Part shown: piece after piece, positions 1 to 11,400 of the stretch
How the letters are laid out: each line of letters opens with the position of its first letter
Position numbering within the stretch: position 1 is the first letter of the stretch
Program-made: the position numbers and the translations under genes
Notes under the pieces: model-generated
What the model was told of the DNA's origin: nothing
The model's input: only the letters and a program-made list of their open reading frames with translations
Database searches by the model: none
Source: an uncultured Acidobacteriota bacterium
GTDB lineage: Bacteria > Acidobacteriota > Vicinamibacteria > Vicinamibacterales > UBA2999
Length of the DNA stretch: 64,000 nucleotides
Assembly: GCA_963741135.1 (NCBI GenBank)
Contig: CAVUHC010000002.1
Location: forward strand, 255,413 to 319,412
Direction of reading: 5' to 3'

Positions 1-1212
1 CGACGATGCGGATGCCTGCGAGGCGCTCGAGGTAGGCGCCACCCTTGATCAGCACGCCGTTCCGCGCCGCCGCTGAAAGCGCCGCAACGATCGACACGGG
101 CGTCGAGATGACGAGGGCGCATGGGCACGCGATGACGAGCAGGACGAGCGCTCGATACAACCACACCGAGATGGGCGCTGCGCCCGCGAGCGGCGGCACC
201 ACCGCGACGACCACCGCCAGCGCCAGCACGATTGGCGTGTAGACCCGCGCAAATCGATCGACGAAGGACTGAACGGGCGCGCGCCGTGCCTGCGCTGTTT
301 CGACCAGGTGAATGATGTGCGAGAGACGGCTGTCGCGCCCCAGGCGGGTGACGCGCACCTCCATCGCGCCGCGGCCGTTGATCGTCCCGGCAAAGACCTC
401 GTCGCCTGGATCTTTGTCGATGGGCCGGGATTCGCCGGTGAGCGGCGCCTCGTTGACGTCGCTGTGGCCGGTCAGCACGACGCCGTCGAGCGGAATCTTC
501 TCGCCCGGCCGGACGACGATCTCGTCGCCGGGCGCAATCGCGTCTACAGCGACGCGCTCGTCGCGCCCGTTGCGCCTGACCAGCGCATCGCGCGGCGCGA
601 GATCGATCAGCGCCCGAATCGCCTGGCGCGCCCGCTCCATCGTCCGGACTTCGAGCCACTGCGCAATCGACGAACAGAAAGACGACGCGTCGTCGCTTCG
701 AGCCAGTCGCCCAGCGCCATCGCACCCACCACCGCGACGACCATCAGCACGTTGATGTCGAGCGTGCGTGATCGGGCGGCGGTGATCGCGCGACGGATCG
801 GATAAACGATGCCGGCGGCGGCGCCAGCCAGGTAGAGCGGCAGTGACGCCCGCGGGAACCCTGAGGCGCCGGACAGCGCTCCGGCGGCCAGAAGAAGGCC
901 ACACGCGATCATCAGCTTCCACCGCCACTCGAGCGCACCGCCGTACGCCATCGGCTCCTCGTGCTCGAGCCACATGCGCATGCCGGTCTCACCCACCGCG
1001 TCGACCATTGCCGACGTCGTCAGCTTTGCGGCGTCGTACTTGACGTGCAGCCGCTGGCCGATCACATCCGCGGAGACCGCTTCGAGACCCGCGAGCGGCT
1101 TCAGCCGTCGCTCGAGGATCACGACCTCCTCGTTGCAGTCCATTCCCTCGACGCGGAAGATCGCTTCAGCGTGAAGCTCACAGACGGTGCATGTGACGGT
1201 CTCAGTTGCCAT
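1..1212 (-). pseudogene. Heavy-metal P1B-type ATPase (Zn/Cd/Co-like), N-terminal part; runs off window start; frame broken near 670-700
   Basis: ORF 607-1212 gives a metal-binding N-terminus (CTVCE...GMDC) and the first TM helices. Hand translation of the minus strand below 690 gives QWLEVRTMERARQAIRALIDLAP...GEKIPLDG...TGES...ACPCALVIST in other frames, so there are two frame changes within about 30 nt. Confidence 0.85.
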
Positions 1213-1222
1213 CCGCGTTTTT

Positions 1223-1307
1223 ACCCTAACCCCTAACTCCCCTAACCCCTTCCCCCTAACCCCTTCCCTCTAACCCCCAACCCCTTCCCCCTAACCCCTT
1301 CCCCCTG
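1223..1307. repeat. One-armed tandem heptamer tract (CCCTAAC/CCCTTCC)n
   Basis: About 12 consecutive 7-nt units read directly, in the divergent intergenic region between the ATPase and the ABC operon. Confidence 0.9.
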
Positions 1308-1482
1308 TTCTTTGAAGACTCTCTTCCTATCTTCCCGGATCCCGGCCGATTGACGCCTCCCGACGTCCGAAAGGCGGGTCCAAAAGGACGACCGGGTCCT
1401 TTGGGACCCGGCGTACGTATAATCGGCTGTTAAATAACCGGATTTTCTACACGTTGACGAGCAGGACACCGGAGGAACTCAA

Positions 1483-2456
1483 TTGATCGAGGTTCAACAC
1501 CTCACGAAGCGGTACGGCCCCGTGACCGCGGTGAACGACGTGAGCTTTACGGTCGAGCGGGGCGAGATTCTCGGCTTTCTTGGTCCGAACGGCGCCGGCA
1601 AGACGACGACGATGCGCGTGCTGACCGGCTACATGCCGCCAAGCGAGGGCAAGGCGATCGTGGCCGGTTACGACGTGTTCGAACAGCCAATCGAAGCCAA
1701 GCGCCGCACCGGCTACCTCCCGGAAACACCTCCGCTCTATCCCGACATGACGGTGCGCGAATACCTGACGTTCGTGGCGCGGATCAAGGGTGTGCCGCGG
1801 AAAGAGTCGCAAGGCGCGCATCGGCGAGATGATGAAGAAGACGCGCATCGACGACGTTGCGGATCGCCATTGCGGGAAGCTGTCAAAGGGGTATCGTCAG
1901 CGTGTCGGACTTGCGCAGGCGCTGCTCCACAACCCTGATGTCCTCATCCTCGACGAGCCGACCGCCGGCCTCGACCCGAAGCAGATCATCGAAACGCGGC
2001 AGCTCATCAAGGGGCTCGCCGGCGACCACACGATCATTCTCAGCACGCACATCCTGCCGGAAGTCAGCCAGACCTGTCAGCGCGTCGTCATCATCAACAA
2101 AGGCAAGGTCGTCGCCGTCGACACGCCCGACAACCTGACGTCGCGGCTGCGTGGCTCCGAAACGATGTATCTCCAGGTGGACGCGCAGGGCGCCGATGCG
2201 GCGGCGGTCCTGCAGCGCGTGGCGGGCGTGACGCGTGTGGCCGTCGCGGACACAAAAGCAGCAGATCGTCGGCTTCGAGATCGACAGCGAGACGGGGCAT
2301 GATGTCCGGCGCGAGCTCGCGGCGGCGGTTGTCGGCCGCGGCTGGGGGCTGCTCGAGATGCGCCCGATGCGCATGAGCCTCGAGGAGATCTTCCTGCACG
2401 TGACGACCGAAGACGTGGCCGCGCCGCCGGCCGTTGCGGAGGCTTCGCATGAGTAA
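1483..2456 (+). pseudogene. ABC transporter ATP-binding protein (ABC-2/GldA-like); two frame breaks, likely indels
   Basis: Walker A GPNGAGKTT in ORF 1483-1938; signature LSKGYRQR and Walker B LILDEP in ORF 1790-2302; C-terminus in ORF 2235-2456. The breaks coincide with A-runs at 1801-1803 and 2254-2257. TTG start preceded by GGAGGA. Confidence 0.9.
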
Positions 2457-3213
2457 CATCCTGGCGCTTGCGCACAAAGAGGTGAAGTCCGCCTTCTCGA
2501 CGCCGATTGCCTACGTCGTGATTGGCTTCTTTGCGCTGCTCTGGGGCTGGTTCTTCTGGGTCAGCCTCATTTACTTCAACCAGCAGAGCCTGCAGTTCGC
2601 CGGGCCGGAGGGAGGGGGCGCGAATATCAACCAGCAACTGATACGCCCGCTGTTTCTGAACGCCAGCGTCATCCTGCTGTTCGTGCTGCCGCTGATCACG
2701 ATGCGGACCTACTCCGAGGAAAAGCGCTCGGGCACGATCGAGCTGCTCCTCACATCGCCGCTGACCGATTTCCAGATCATCATGGGCAAGTTTCTCGGCG
2801 CGATGGTGCTGTACGCCGCCATGCTGCTCGTCACGATGATTCACATGGCGCTGCTGTTCTCGTACGGCAACCCCGAATGGCGCCCGGTGATCACCGGCTA
2901 CCTCGGACTGCTGCTGATGGGCGGCTGCTTCATCTCGGTCGGACTGCTCATCTCGAGCCTGACGAAGAACCAGATCGTGTCCGGGATGGTGACCTTCGCG
3001 GTGTTCCTGCTCCTGTGGGTGATCAACTGGCTCGCGTCGTTTACCGGACCGACGACACAGAGCGTGCTGAACTACCTGTCGATTACCGAGCATTTCGACG
3101 ACTTCACAAAAGGGATTCTCGATACGAAGCACCTGGTCTACTACTTCAGCGTCATCTCGTTCGGGCTGTTCCTGACGGCTCGATCGGTCGACACCGAACG
3201 CTGGAAGGGTTGA
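2449..3213 (+). CDS. ABC-2 type transporter permease (GldF-like)
   Basis: Intact ORF with multiple TM helices. The ATG at 2449 overlaps the upstream stop. Gene order ATPase-permease-GldG-like-DUF4340. Confidence 0.85.
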   Translation: MSNILALAHKEVKSAFSTPIAYVVIGFFALLWGWFFWVSLIYFNQQSLQFAGPEGGGANINQQLIRPLFLNASVILLFVLPLITMRTYSEEKRSGTIELLLTSPLTDFQIIMGKFLGAMVLYAAMLLVTMIHMALLFSYGNPEWRPVITGYLGLLLMGGCFISVGLLISSLTKNQIVSGMVTFAVFLLLWVINWLASFTGPTTQSVLNYLSITEHFDDFTKGILDTKHLVYYFSVISFGLFLTARSVDTERWKG

Positions 3214-3217
3214 GGCG

Positions 3218-4814
3218 ATGGTCAAGAACATTCTCAATATCGTCGGCTGGCTTGGCACGGCGCTCGTCGTCGCCGCCGTCGCCGTGCGCATCCTGAGGCC
3301 AGAGTGGGATCAATACGCGGTCTACGCCGCGTGGGGCGGCCTCGCGTGCGTGGTGCTCTACACACTCGGACAATGGCGCGAGATCATCGACTATTTCCAG
3401 CGCCGCAACGCGCGTTACGGCGCGATTGCCAGCATCAGCGTGCTGATCTTCGTCGCGATCCTCGTCGCGGTGAATTACCTCTCGTTCCGGCAGAACAAGC
3501 GCTGGGACCTGACCAAGAACCAGCAGTTCACGCTGTCGGACCAGACGGTCAAGCTGTTGAAGGACCTCGATGCGCCGGTGAAGTTCCTCGTGTTCGATAA
3601 GCCGACCGGCTTCGACCCGTTCCGAAGCAGCCTCGAGGAATACAAGTATCAGTCTCCGTCGAAGGTCGACGTCCAGTACATCGACGCGGACAAGAAGTCC
3701 AGGCGACGCGAAGCAGTACCAGGTGACGACCTACGGCACGGTGGTACTCGAATACAAGGGCCGCATCGAGCGCGTGAACTCGTCCGAGGAGCAGGAACTG
3801 ACCAACGCGCTGGTGAAGGTGCTGACGGGCGAGAAGAAGAAGGTCTATTTCGTCCAGGGGCACGGCGAAAGGGACCCGGACAGCAGCGAGCCGCTCGGCG
3901 GATACAGCGGCGCCAAGACGGCGCTCGAGGGCGACAATTACGAGGTGGCCAAGACCGTGCTCGCGCAGGAGATGGACGTCCCGGCCGACGCGGCGGTTGT
4001 CATCATCGCAGGGCCGAAAACGGATCTCCTGCAGCCGGAAGCCGACATGCTCGAGCGGTTCCTGAAGAAGGGCGGGCACGTGCTCGTGCTGACCGATCCG
4101 CCCGGGGAAAAGGATCCTCCAACCCCCGTGACGGACGCGCTGCTGAAGGACTGGGATTTCCAGGCCGGGAAGGATGTGGTTGTCGATGCGAGCGGGATCG
4201 GACAGCTGATCGGCACCGACGCGTCGGTACCCGTTGTGGCGAGCTATCCCTCACATCCGATCACGGATCGATTCAGCAACGTCCTCACGGCGTATCCACT
4301 GGCGCGATCGATTACGCCGATTCTTCCCGCCACGAACGGCCGCGCGGCGGTCACCATTCTTCAGACCAGCCCGCGCAGCTGGGCGGAAACGGACATGAGC
4401 CAGCTCAAGTCCGGCAAGGTGGAGCTGAATACGGACAAGGGCGACAAGCAGGGGCCGGTCTCGATCGGCGCGGTGACCGCGACCAATGCGGTCGACGCAC
4501 CGAAGCCGGATCCGGCGAAAGCGGCAGCGGGCGACCAGCCGCGCACGCCCGAGTCCCGGTTCGTCACGATTGGCGACTCCGACTTCGCCGCCAACAATGC
4601 GCTCCGCATTCAGGGCAACCAGGATCTGTTCCTCAACACGATCAACTGGCTGGCGCAGCAGGAGAACCTGATCTCGATCCGTGCGAAGCCGCCGAATGAC
4701 AGCCGCCTGACGATGACGGCGCGGCAGACGGTGGCGACGTTATGGATGTCTCTGCTCGTGATCCCGGCGATCGTGTTCGGCACGGGCGTCTATACCTGGT
4801 GGAGGAAACGCTGA
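3218..4814 (+). pseudogene. GldG-like ABC-system auxiliary protein; one frame break near 3700-3722
   Basis: The N-terminal TM region and DLTKNQQFTLS in ORF 3218-4699 continue as TYGTVVLEYKGRIERV...VYFVQGHGE in ORF 3723-4814. C-terminal TM anchor present. Confidence 0.8.
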
Positions 4815-4815
4815 C

Positions 4816-6132
4816 GTGCGGGGACTGAAATCCACGATCGCGCTCGCGGTCGTGCTTCTCGGGCTCGTCGGGTACATTTACTTCGTCGATTCCAAGAAGC
4901 CGGCCTCAGGGACGGCAGAGATCAAGGCGAAAGCGTTCACCGTCGAGGCGGATCAGATCGAGGAGATCCAGATCAAGCCGGCGGCGGCCGAGAGCTCGCG
5001 GGCCGAGAAGACGAACGGCACGTGGCAGCTCGTCGAGCCCGAAAAGACCGATGCCGACCAGGGACAGCTCACGAATACGGCCACGAACATCGCTTCTCTC
5101 GAGGTCAACGGCGTCGTCGACGACAACCCGACAGACCTCGCGCAATACGGCCTGAACCCGGCGAAGCTCGATGTCGCCTTCCGCGTCAAGGGCGAGAAAG
5201 ATCTTCGGCATCTGCTCGTCGGCGAGAAGACCGCCGCCGGCGGGGACCTCTATGCGAAGAGGGCGGATGAGAAGCGCGTCATCCTGATCTCGTCCTTTCT
5301 CGAGGGCACATTCAACCGCACGCCGTTCGACCTGCGCGATAAAACATTGTTGAAGTTCGACCACGACAAAGTGGACGGCCTCGAGATCGCGCGCGGGGGG
5401 GCCATCACTCAGCTTGCCAAGAGCAACGGGGAATGGGCGATCGTGAAGCCGTACAACGCGCGGGCCGATTTCGGCACGGCGGAAGCGGCACTCTCGTCGC
5501 TGTCATCGACGCAGATGCAGAAAATCGTGTCGCCCGGCGCGGTCGATCTCCAGGCGTATGGCCTCGACCGGCCGGCGGTGACCACAACCGTGATATCGGG
5601 CAGCGCCCGCGCAACCCTGGCAATCGGCAAGGTCGAAGGCGATTCCGCGTACGCGCGCGACGTGTCGCGGCCGATAGTGTTCACCATTCCGCAGGCGACG
5701 GCGGTGGATCTCCAGAAAGGCGCCGACATGTTCCGTCGCAAGGACATGTTCGATGGACGGTCGTTCAACGCCTCGCGCGTCGAGCTGCACCGCGGCGCGG
5801 AAACGCTGACGTTCGAGCGATCGAAGGACAAGGACGGCAAGGACGTCTGGAAGAACGCGGCTGGCACGGTGGTCGACACCGCGAAGGTCGAGGACATGCT
5901 GATGAAGCTGTCGAACATCCGCGCGCAGCTCTTCCAGGAGCGCGTTGACCCGGCGCTGAAGATGCCGACGCTCGTGGCGACCGTGAGGATGGACAACGGA
6001 AAGACCGAGACCGTCACGTTCGCACGACAGGGAGACGCTGTGATCGCCAATCGCGCCGACGAGGGAGGTAGCGCCACCGTTGAAGCGGTCGCACTCAATG
6101 ATGCGATGATGGCGATAGACGGCTTGAAATGA
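4816..6132 (+). CDS. DUF4340-like protein (usual partner of GldG-like proteins)
   Basis: Intact 438-aa ORF with an N-terminal TM helix, starting directly after the GldG-like stop. Family assignment is from memory of the gene context. Confidence 0.6.
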   Translation: MRGLKSTIALAVVLLGLVGYIYFVDSKKPASGTAEIKAKAFTVEADQIEEIQIKPAAAESSRAEKTNGTWQLVEPEKTDADQGQLTNTATNIASLEVNGVVDDNPTDLAQYGLNPAKLDVAFRVKGEKDLRHLLVGEKTAAGGDLYAKRADEKRVILISSFLEGTFNRTPFDLRDKTLLKFDHDKVDGLEIARGGAITQLAKSNGEWAIVKPYNARADFGTAEAALSSLSSTQMQKIVSPGAVDLQAYGLDRPAVTTTVISGSARATLAIGKVEGDSAYARDVSRPIVFTIPQATAVDLQKGADMFRRKDMFDGRSFNASRVELHRGAETLTFERSKDKDGKDVWKNAAGTVVDTAKVEDMLMKLSNIRAQLFQERVDPALKMPTLVATVRMDNGKTETVTFARQGDAVIANRADEGGSATVEAVALNDAMMAIDGLK

Positions 6133-6137
6133 CTCTG

Positions 6138-6262
6138 TAATTCAAGATGCAAAATGCAAAATGCAAACACTGCGTTGTTTGCAGGACCGGGGTGGAGGTC
6201 GCCACGCCTTCCACCCCGTTTTCGCGTACGCGCGTGGTGTTTGCATTTTGCATTTTGAATTG
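6138..6262. repeat. Palindromic element with (GCAAAAT)n arms, copy 1
   Basis: Left arm 6138-6170 and right arm 6237-6262 are reverse complements. Same family as 57601-57706. Confidence 0.9.
6188..6224 (+). terminator. Putative intrinsic terminator at the centre of the palindrome
   Basis: Stem CGGGGTGGAGG / CCTTCCACCCCG followed by GTTTTCG, downstream of the DUF4340 gene. Confidence 0.5.
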
Positions 6263-7733
6263 TGCATTGCTGAGCGCCACCAGCTGCGCCAAATCACCTC
6301 CCCAGCTCCCATCAGCTCCTCAAGTCGATCCGACCAGGCAACTGGCAACCGACATTGCCGCCGCAACCCAGATGCCGGGTGTGCAACGGGCCACGTGGGG
6401 GATCGCGATACAGTCGCTGACGAACAACGAGCGCCTGTTCGATCTGAACGCACGTACGCTGATGGTGCCCGCGTCGGTCGCGAAGATCGTGAGCGTTGCG
6501 ACGGCGGTGGATGCCGTTGGATGGGATTACCGGTTCCAGACGACGCTTCGCGCTGTCGGTGCGGTGTCGGATGGCGTGCTGCAGGGTGAGCTGCTCATTG
6601 TCGGCTCCGGCGATCCGGCGATAGCCGGGCGGGGCGGTGACGATCTCTCGACCTGGGTGGCCGCGTTGAAGGCGATCGGCATCCGACGTGTCGACGGCCG
6701 CGTCATCGGCGTCGACGACGAGCTCGAGGAGCCGAGGCCCGGTTTCGCGTGGTCGTGGGACGACCTTGGATACCCGACGGGCGCGATCTTCGGTGCGTTG
6801 AATCTCGCAGAGAACAAACTGACGGTGACCGTTGCGCCTGGAGCCGCTGCTGGTTCGCCAACCGTGGTCAGCGTCGACCACGAAGCGCAGGACGTCCCGC
6901 TCGTGAATCGCAGCGTCACCGGCGCCGCCGGGAGCCAGCTACTGCTGTGGCCCGAGATTCGACCCGGTGAGACGACGCTGACGATTGCAGGTGCGATTCC
7001 TGCCGGAGCGAGGCCCGCAACGCTGGCCGTCGCTGCGGGAAATCCGACCGTGTGGTTCGCTCGTGTGCTGCGCCGGAGACTCATCGACGCCGGCATCGAC
7101 GTCACCGGCAGTGCCGTCGACGCCGACGACATCGACGTGGGGACCGGCTTCAGTCGGCCCAATCCAGACTCCGGCGCGATCCTCTACACGTACCGCTCGC
7201 ATCCTCTGTCGGAGATCGTGCAGCCGATGCTCAAGGAAAGCATCAACCTGTACGGCGAGGCCGTGGAGCGGCTCAACGCTTCCGGGCCACCTCCGCGCAC
7301 GAACGACCAGGCGCTCGAGGGGATGAAGCAGCGGCTGCTGATGTGGGGCGTCCCCGCAAACGGATCTCAGCTCGTTGACGGATCGGGATTGTCGCGGCGC
7401 GACGTGCTCGCGGCCGATACGTTGCTCACCGTCCTGGTGCGGATGTACGACCCCGCCGGAACGTCGCCGTGGATGACGGCGCTGCCGATTGCGGGCGTCG
7501 ACGGTACGCTGGCGGCGCGGATGAAAGGGACTCCCGCTGAAAACAACGTGCGGGCGAAGACTGGAACGATGTCGAACGTACGCTCTCTCACAGGCTACGT
7601 CCGGGCGCGCGACGGCGAAACGCTTGCCTTTGTCATCATGGTGAACAACTTCGAAGGCACCGGCGCGCAGGCAGTCGCCGCCATCGACGCCATCGCCGTC
7701 CGGCTCGCATCGTTCAGCCGGGCAAATCCGTAG
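6234..7733 (+). CDS. dacB: D-alanyl-D-alanine carboxypeptidase/endopeptidase (PBP4, peptidase S13)
   Basis: SxxK (PASVAKI), DGSGLSR and KTGT motifs. Probable GTG start at 6234/6237 gives the lipoprotein-like signal FAFCILNCALLSATSC. The longer track ORF (6147) reads through the repeat. Confidence 0.85.
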   Translation: MVFAFCILNCALLSATSCAKSPPQLPSAPQVDPTRQLATDIAAATQMPGVQRATWGIAIQSLTNNERLFDLNARTLMVPASVAKIVSVATAVDAVGWDYRFQTTLRAVGAVSDGVLQGELLIVGSGDPAIAGRGGDDLSTWVAALKAIGIRRVDGRVIGVDDELEEPRPGFAWSWDDLGYPTGAIFGALNLAENKLTVTVAPGAAAGSPTVVSVDHEAQDVPLVNRSVTGAAGSQLLLWPEIRPGETTLTIAGAIPAGARPATLAVAAGNPTVWFARVLRRRLIDAGIDVTGSAVDADDIDVGTGFSRPNPDSGAILYTYRSHPLSEIVQPMLKESINLYGEAVERLNASGPPPRTNDQALEGMKQRLLMWGVPANGSQLVDGSGLSRRDVLAADTLLTVLVRMYDPAGTSPWMTALPIAGVDGTLAARMKGTPAENNVRAKTGTMSNVRSLTGYVRARDGETLAFVIMVNNFEGTGAQAVAAIDAIAVRLASFSRANP

Positions 7734-7793
7734 ATCAGACTGGAACTGCGGTGCGGGCATGTCGGACCGCGGTCGAGGGGTAATATCCTCGGG

Positions 7794-8432
7794 GTGCCCA
7801 GCGCTGTCGTCGTACGCGAGCTCAGCGAGGCGGATCTTCAGTCTGCCGTCGGAATCGTCGCGCGCGGGATGCGAGACAACCCGCTCCACATCGCGGCACT
7901 CGGCGCCGATGCGGAGGTTCGCGGCAATCGATTGATCCGTATGTTCGGCGTGGCGCTGCCGTTGATCTTCTCCAAGGGCGTTCTGCTTGGCGGGTTTCAG
8001 GACGGCACGCTCGTCGGAATTGCCGGCATGGTGCCGCCGGGGAAATGCCAGCCATCGATGAAGGAGAGGATCACCCTCGTCCCGCGCATATTCCCTGCGG
8101 TCGGCGGGGGCGCGTTCGCGCGCGTCGGGCGATGGATGGGGACGTGGGCGCAACACGACCCCGCGGAGCCCCATTGGCACCTCGGACCGGTTGCAGTCGA
8201 GGCGCATTTGCAGCGGCGAGGCATCGGGAGCCTGCTCATGAGCGAGTCTTGCGCGCGTCTGGATCGCGCGCGCGCCGTCGGCTATCTCGAAACGGACAAA
8301 CCGACGAGCGTGACCTTTTACGAACGGTTTGGATTCGAGACGATCGGCTCGGGGCCCGTGCTGAACACACCGAACTGGTTCATGCGGCGGGCTTGCTTGG
8401 AAAATCCCATTGGAGTTTACCTTACTGACTGA
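7794..8432 (+). CDS. GNAT family N-acetyltransferase
   Basis: Acetyl-CoA binding motif region LQRRGIGSLLM and C-terminal YERFGFE. Confidence 0.75.
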   Translation: MPSAVVVRELSEADLQSAVGIVARGMRDNPLHIAALGADAEVRGNRLIRMFGVALPLIFSKGVLLGGFQDGTLVGIAGMVPPGKCQPSMKERITLVPRIFPAVGGGAFARVGRWMGTWAQHDPAEPHWHLGPVAVEAHLQRRGIGSLLMSESCARLDRARAVGYLETDKPTSVTFYERFGFETIGSGPVLNTPNWFMRRACLENPIGVYLTD

Positions 8433-11400
8433 GAGGCGCCAGTCGAGGTGCTGTGGCACCTGCCCCGGACCCGGGCATCACCGTGAGCTCGGTGGTCTCA
8501 CCGTTCTTCACTTCAACCGATTGCCTTCGCTCACCGAAGGCCGCATCCTTGACGACCACTTCACGCGTGCCGATCGCAACGGGCATGGCGTCGAGCGGCG
8601 CGACGCCGGCACGGTCCCCTTCAATCCACACTTCCGCTCCCGGCGTTGTCGTCACGTGCACCCTGCCTGACGGCAGCGCAAGGGTGTGGGCCGTGACCTG
8701 CCCGGGACGAATCGTCAGCGCGACCGTCGATCGGAAGTTGAATCGCTCGCTGACAAACTCGATCTTGTGACTGCCGGCGTTGAGCAGGAGCTGCCCGTCC
8801 TCGGTGGTACCGATACGGCGGCCATCGGCGAACAGGTCCATCGGGATTCGCGAGAACGCCAGAAGAAAGCCGCCTACGGCTGCGCCCGGCGCCTGAGCAC
8901 CGGGGCCGGGGGTGGCGGGACGATTCGTGGTCGCTGAGCTCTGGCGACGCGCCGCGCGCTCCGCCGTGACCAGTGCGTTCTTGACGGCCGGCGCCGCGGC
9001 AACGGCAGCATCGGCGGCCTTCGTCGCCGCCTCGCCCGCGGTGTCAGCCCACTTGGAGGAGGTCTTCACGGTGGATGAAAACATGCCGGGGAGCCAGATC
9101 ACACCGGCGCCGATCACGATCGCGAGGACGATCGCACCAGCGACCAGATCCCACCGGACGCGATCCCACTGGATGTGCGGAATACGCGACACGAAGGATG
9201 GGTCAGCCGGCTGCTCCAATGGCTCTGTGTGGACCTGATCCGGCCCACTCGCCTGCCGGCTCTCCGCCTCGGCGCGGAGCATGGCCACTTCAGCGGCGAG
9301 TCGTAGGTTTGCCTGGGCGCGAATGCGCTCGGTTTCAGACGCGAGTGCCTTTTCCGCGGCGGCTCGAGCGGTCTCCGCCGCCTCGATCCGGATCCGATTC
9401 ACGTCGAGCGCGGCCTGCTGGTGCGCGTGGCGGGCCTGTTCTGCCTCACCACGAGCGCTGGCAAGCTCCGCCTCGAGGCGGGCCTCGTTTTCGGACTGTG
9501 CCCGGGATCCGCGCGCCAGCTGCACATCGCTCTCGGCGCGCGCGCGCGCGACCGCAGACTTGATCTGTGTGTCGGCGTCAGCCTTGACGCGCGCAATCTC
9601 GGCAGCGAGAACTCGCGCCGCTTGCGCTTCAGCCGCAAGGCGCGCTTCTGTGACCGCCGCCGCGCGCGCCGCGTCGGCTTCGGCTTTGACCCGCGCGATC
9701 TCCGCTTCGCGCGCATCCCCCGCCTCCAACTCGGCCGTCAGGAGCGCTTCTTCAATGGCCCCTGCCCGCGCAGCCTCGGCCTCGGTCTTCATCCGCGCGA
9801 TCTTGTTTTCTGCGTCTCGGGCCCGCGCGACGGCGGCTTCCGCCGCCTTCTGTGCCTCTTTGACCGCGGCGGTGCGCAACGCGGCGGCTTCGGTGCGCGC
9901 GAGGGCAACCGCGGCCTGAACCTGCGCCTCGGTGTCCGCCTTGACGCGCGCAATCTCGGCTTCGAACACGCGCCTCGCATCCCCTTCAGCGGAAAGGCGC
10001 GCTTCCTCGACTGCCGCCGCCCGAACCGCATCGGTTTCGGCGTGCGTGCGTGCGACCGCGGCCTCGACTTGCACCTCGGTGTCCGCGTTGACACGCGCAA
10101 TCTCGGTTTCAAGAATGCGCTTCGCTTTTCCTTCAGCGGCAAGGCGCGCTTCGTCGACCGCCGCCGCGCGAACCGCGTCGGCCTCGGCGTGCGCGTGTGT
10201 GACCGCGGCCTGGACCTGCACGTCGGCCTCGGCCTTGACGCGCGCAATCTCGGCTTCGAGAACGCGCATCGCTTCCGTTTCAACGACGCGGCGCGCGTCG
10301 TCGACTGCCGCCGCGCGAACCGCGTCGGCCTCGGCGTGCGCGCGCGTGACCGCGGCCTGGACCTGCACGTCGGCCTCGGCCTTGACGCGCGCAATCTCGG
10401 CTTCGAGAACGCGCATCGCTTCCGTTTCAGCGTCACGGCGCGCGTCGTCGACTGCCGCCGCGCGAACGGCGTCAGCCTCGGCGTGCGCGCGTGCGACCGC
10501 GGCCTGGACCTGCACGTCGGCCTCGGCCTTGACGCGCGCAATCTCGGCTTCGAGAACGCTCATCGCTTCCGTTTCACCGGAAAGGCGCGCTTCGTCGACT
10601 GCCGCTGCGCGAACCACGTCGGCCTCGGCGTGCGCGCGTGCGACCGAGGCCTGGACCCGCAGGTCGGCGTCGGCCTTGACGCGCGCAATCTCGGACTCGA
10701 GAACGCGCGTCGCTTTTCTTTCAGCGGCAAGGCGCGCTTCGTCGACTGCCGCCGCGCGAACCGCGTCGGCCTCAGCGTGCGCGTGTGCGACGGCGGCCTG
10801 GACCCGCACGTCGGCGTCGGCCCTGACGCGCGCAATCTCGGACTCGAGAACGCGCGTCGCTTCCGTTTCGGCGACACGGCGCGCGTCGTCGACTGCCGCC
10901 GCGCGAACCGCGTCAGCCTCGGCGTGCGCGCGTGCGAGCGCGGCCTGAACCCGCACGTCGGCGTCGGCCTTGACGCGCGTCATCTCGGAATCGAGAACGC
11001 GCATCGCTTCCGTTTCACCGGCAAGGCGCGCCTCTTCGACCGCCACCCCACGCGCCGCGTCGGCTTCTGCTCTGACCCGCGCGATCTCCATGTCGCGCGA
11101 ACGCATCGCTTCCGACTCGGTCGTCGTGCGCGCTTCCTCGACGGCCGCCGCCCGCGCAGCACCGGCCTCGGCCTTGATCCGCACGATCGCTGCTTCTGCT
11201 TCTCGTGCCCGCGCTTCGGCGGCTTCCGCCGCCCTCTGCGCCTCTTCGACCGCGGCGGTGAGTGATGCGTCGGCTTCGGTGCGCGCGCGCGCCAGCCGTT
11301 CGTCTCCCTCCCGCTCGGCCTGCGCTTGCGTCTCTCCAAGCTTCGCGGTCAGCGCCTCCTCCGCCTCGGTTCGCACGCGTGCCACTTCCGATGCGAGCTG

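Noticed and set aside
1223-1307. TTAGGGG/CCCTAAC tracts resembling telomeric repeats (also 41934, 42988, 43601)
   Set aside because: They are internal and short, mixed with CCCTTCC units, and arranged as hairpin arms around genes. They are one word among many heptamer families, not chromosome ends.
2077-3291. Long ORFs antisense to recognised genes (also 6939-8459, 9421-11265, 9932-10948, 38818-40224, 44786-45862, 53606-54727, 35940-36854)
   Set aside because: They lie opposite genes with clear family motifs. They are Arg/Pro/Ala-rich with no recognisable domains. Long open frames are expected by chance at this GC content.
9939-11115. Regularly spaced repeats as a possible CRISPR array
   Set aside because: The 147-bp units are contiguous with no unique spacers and lie in frame within one long ORF. 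The heptamer tracts likewise have no spacer structure, and no cas genes are present.
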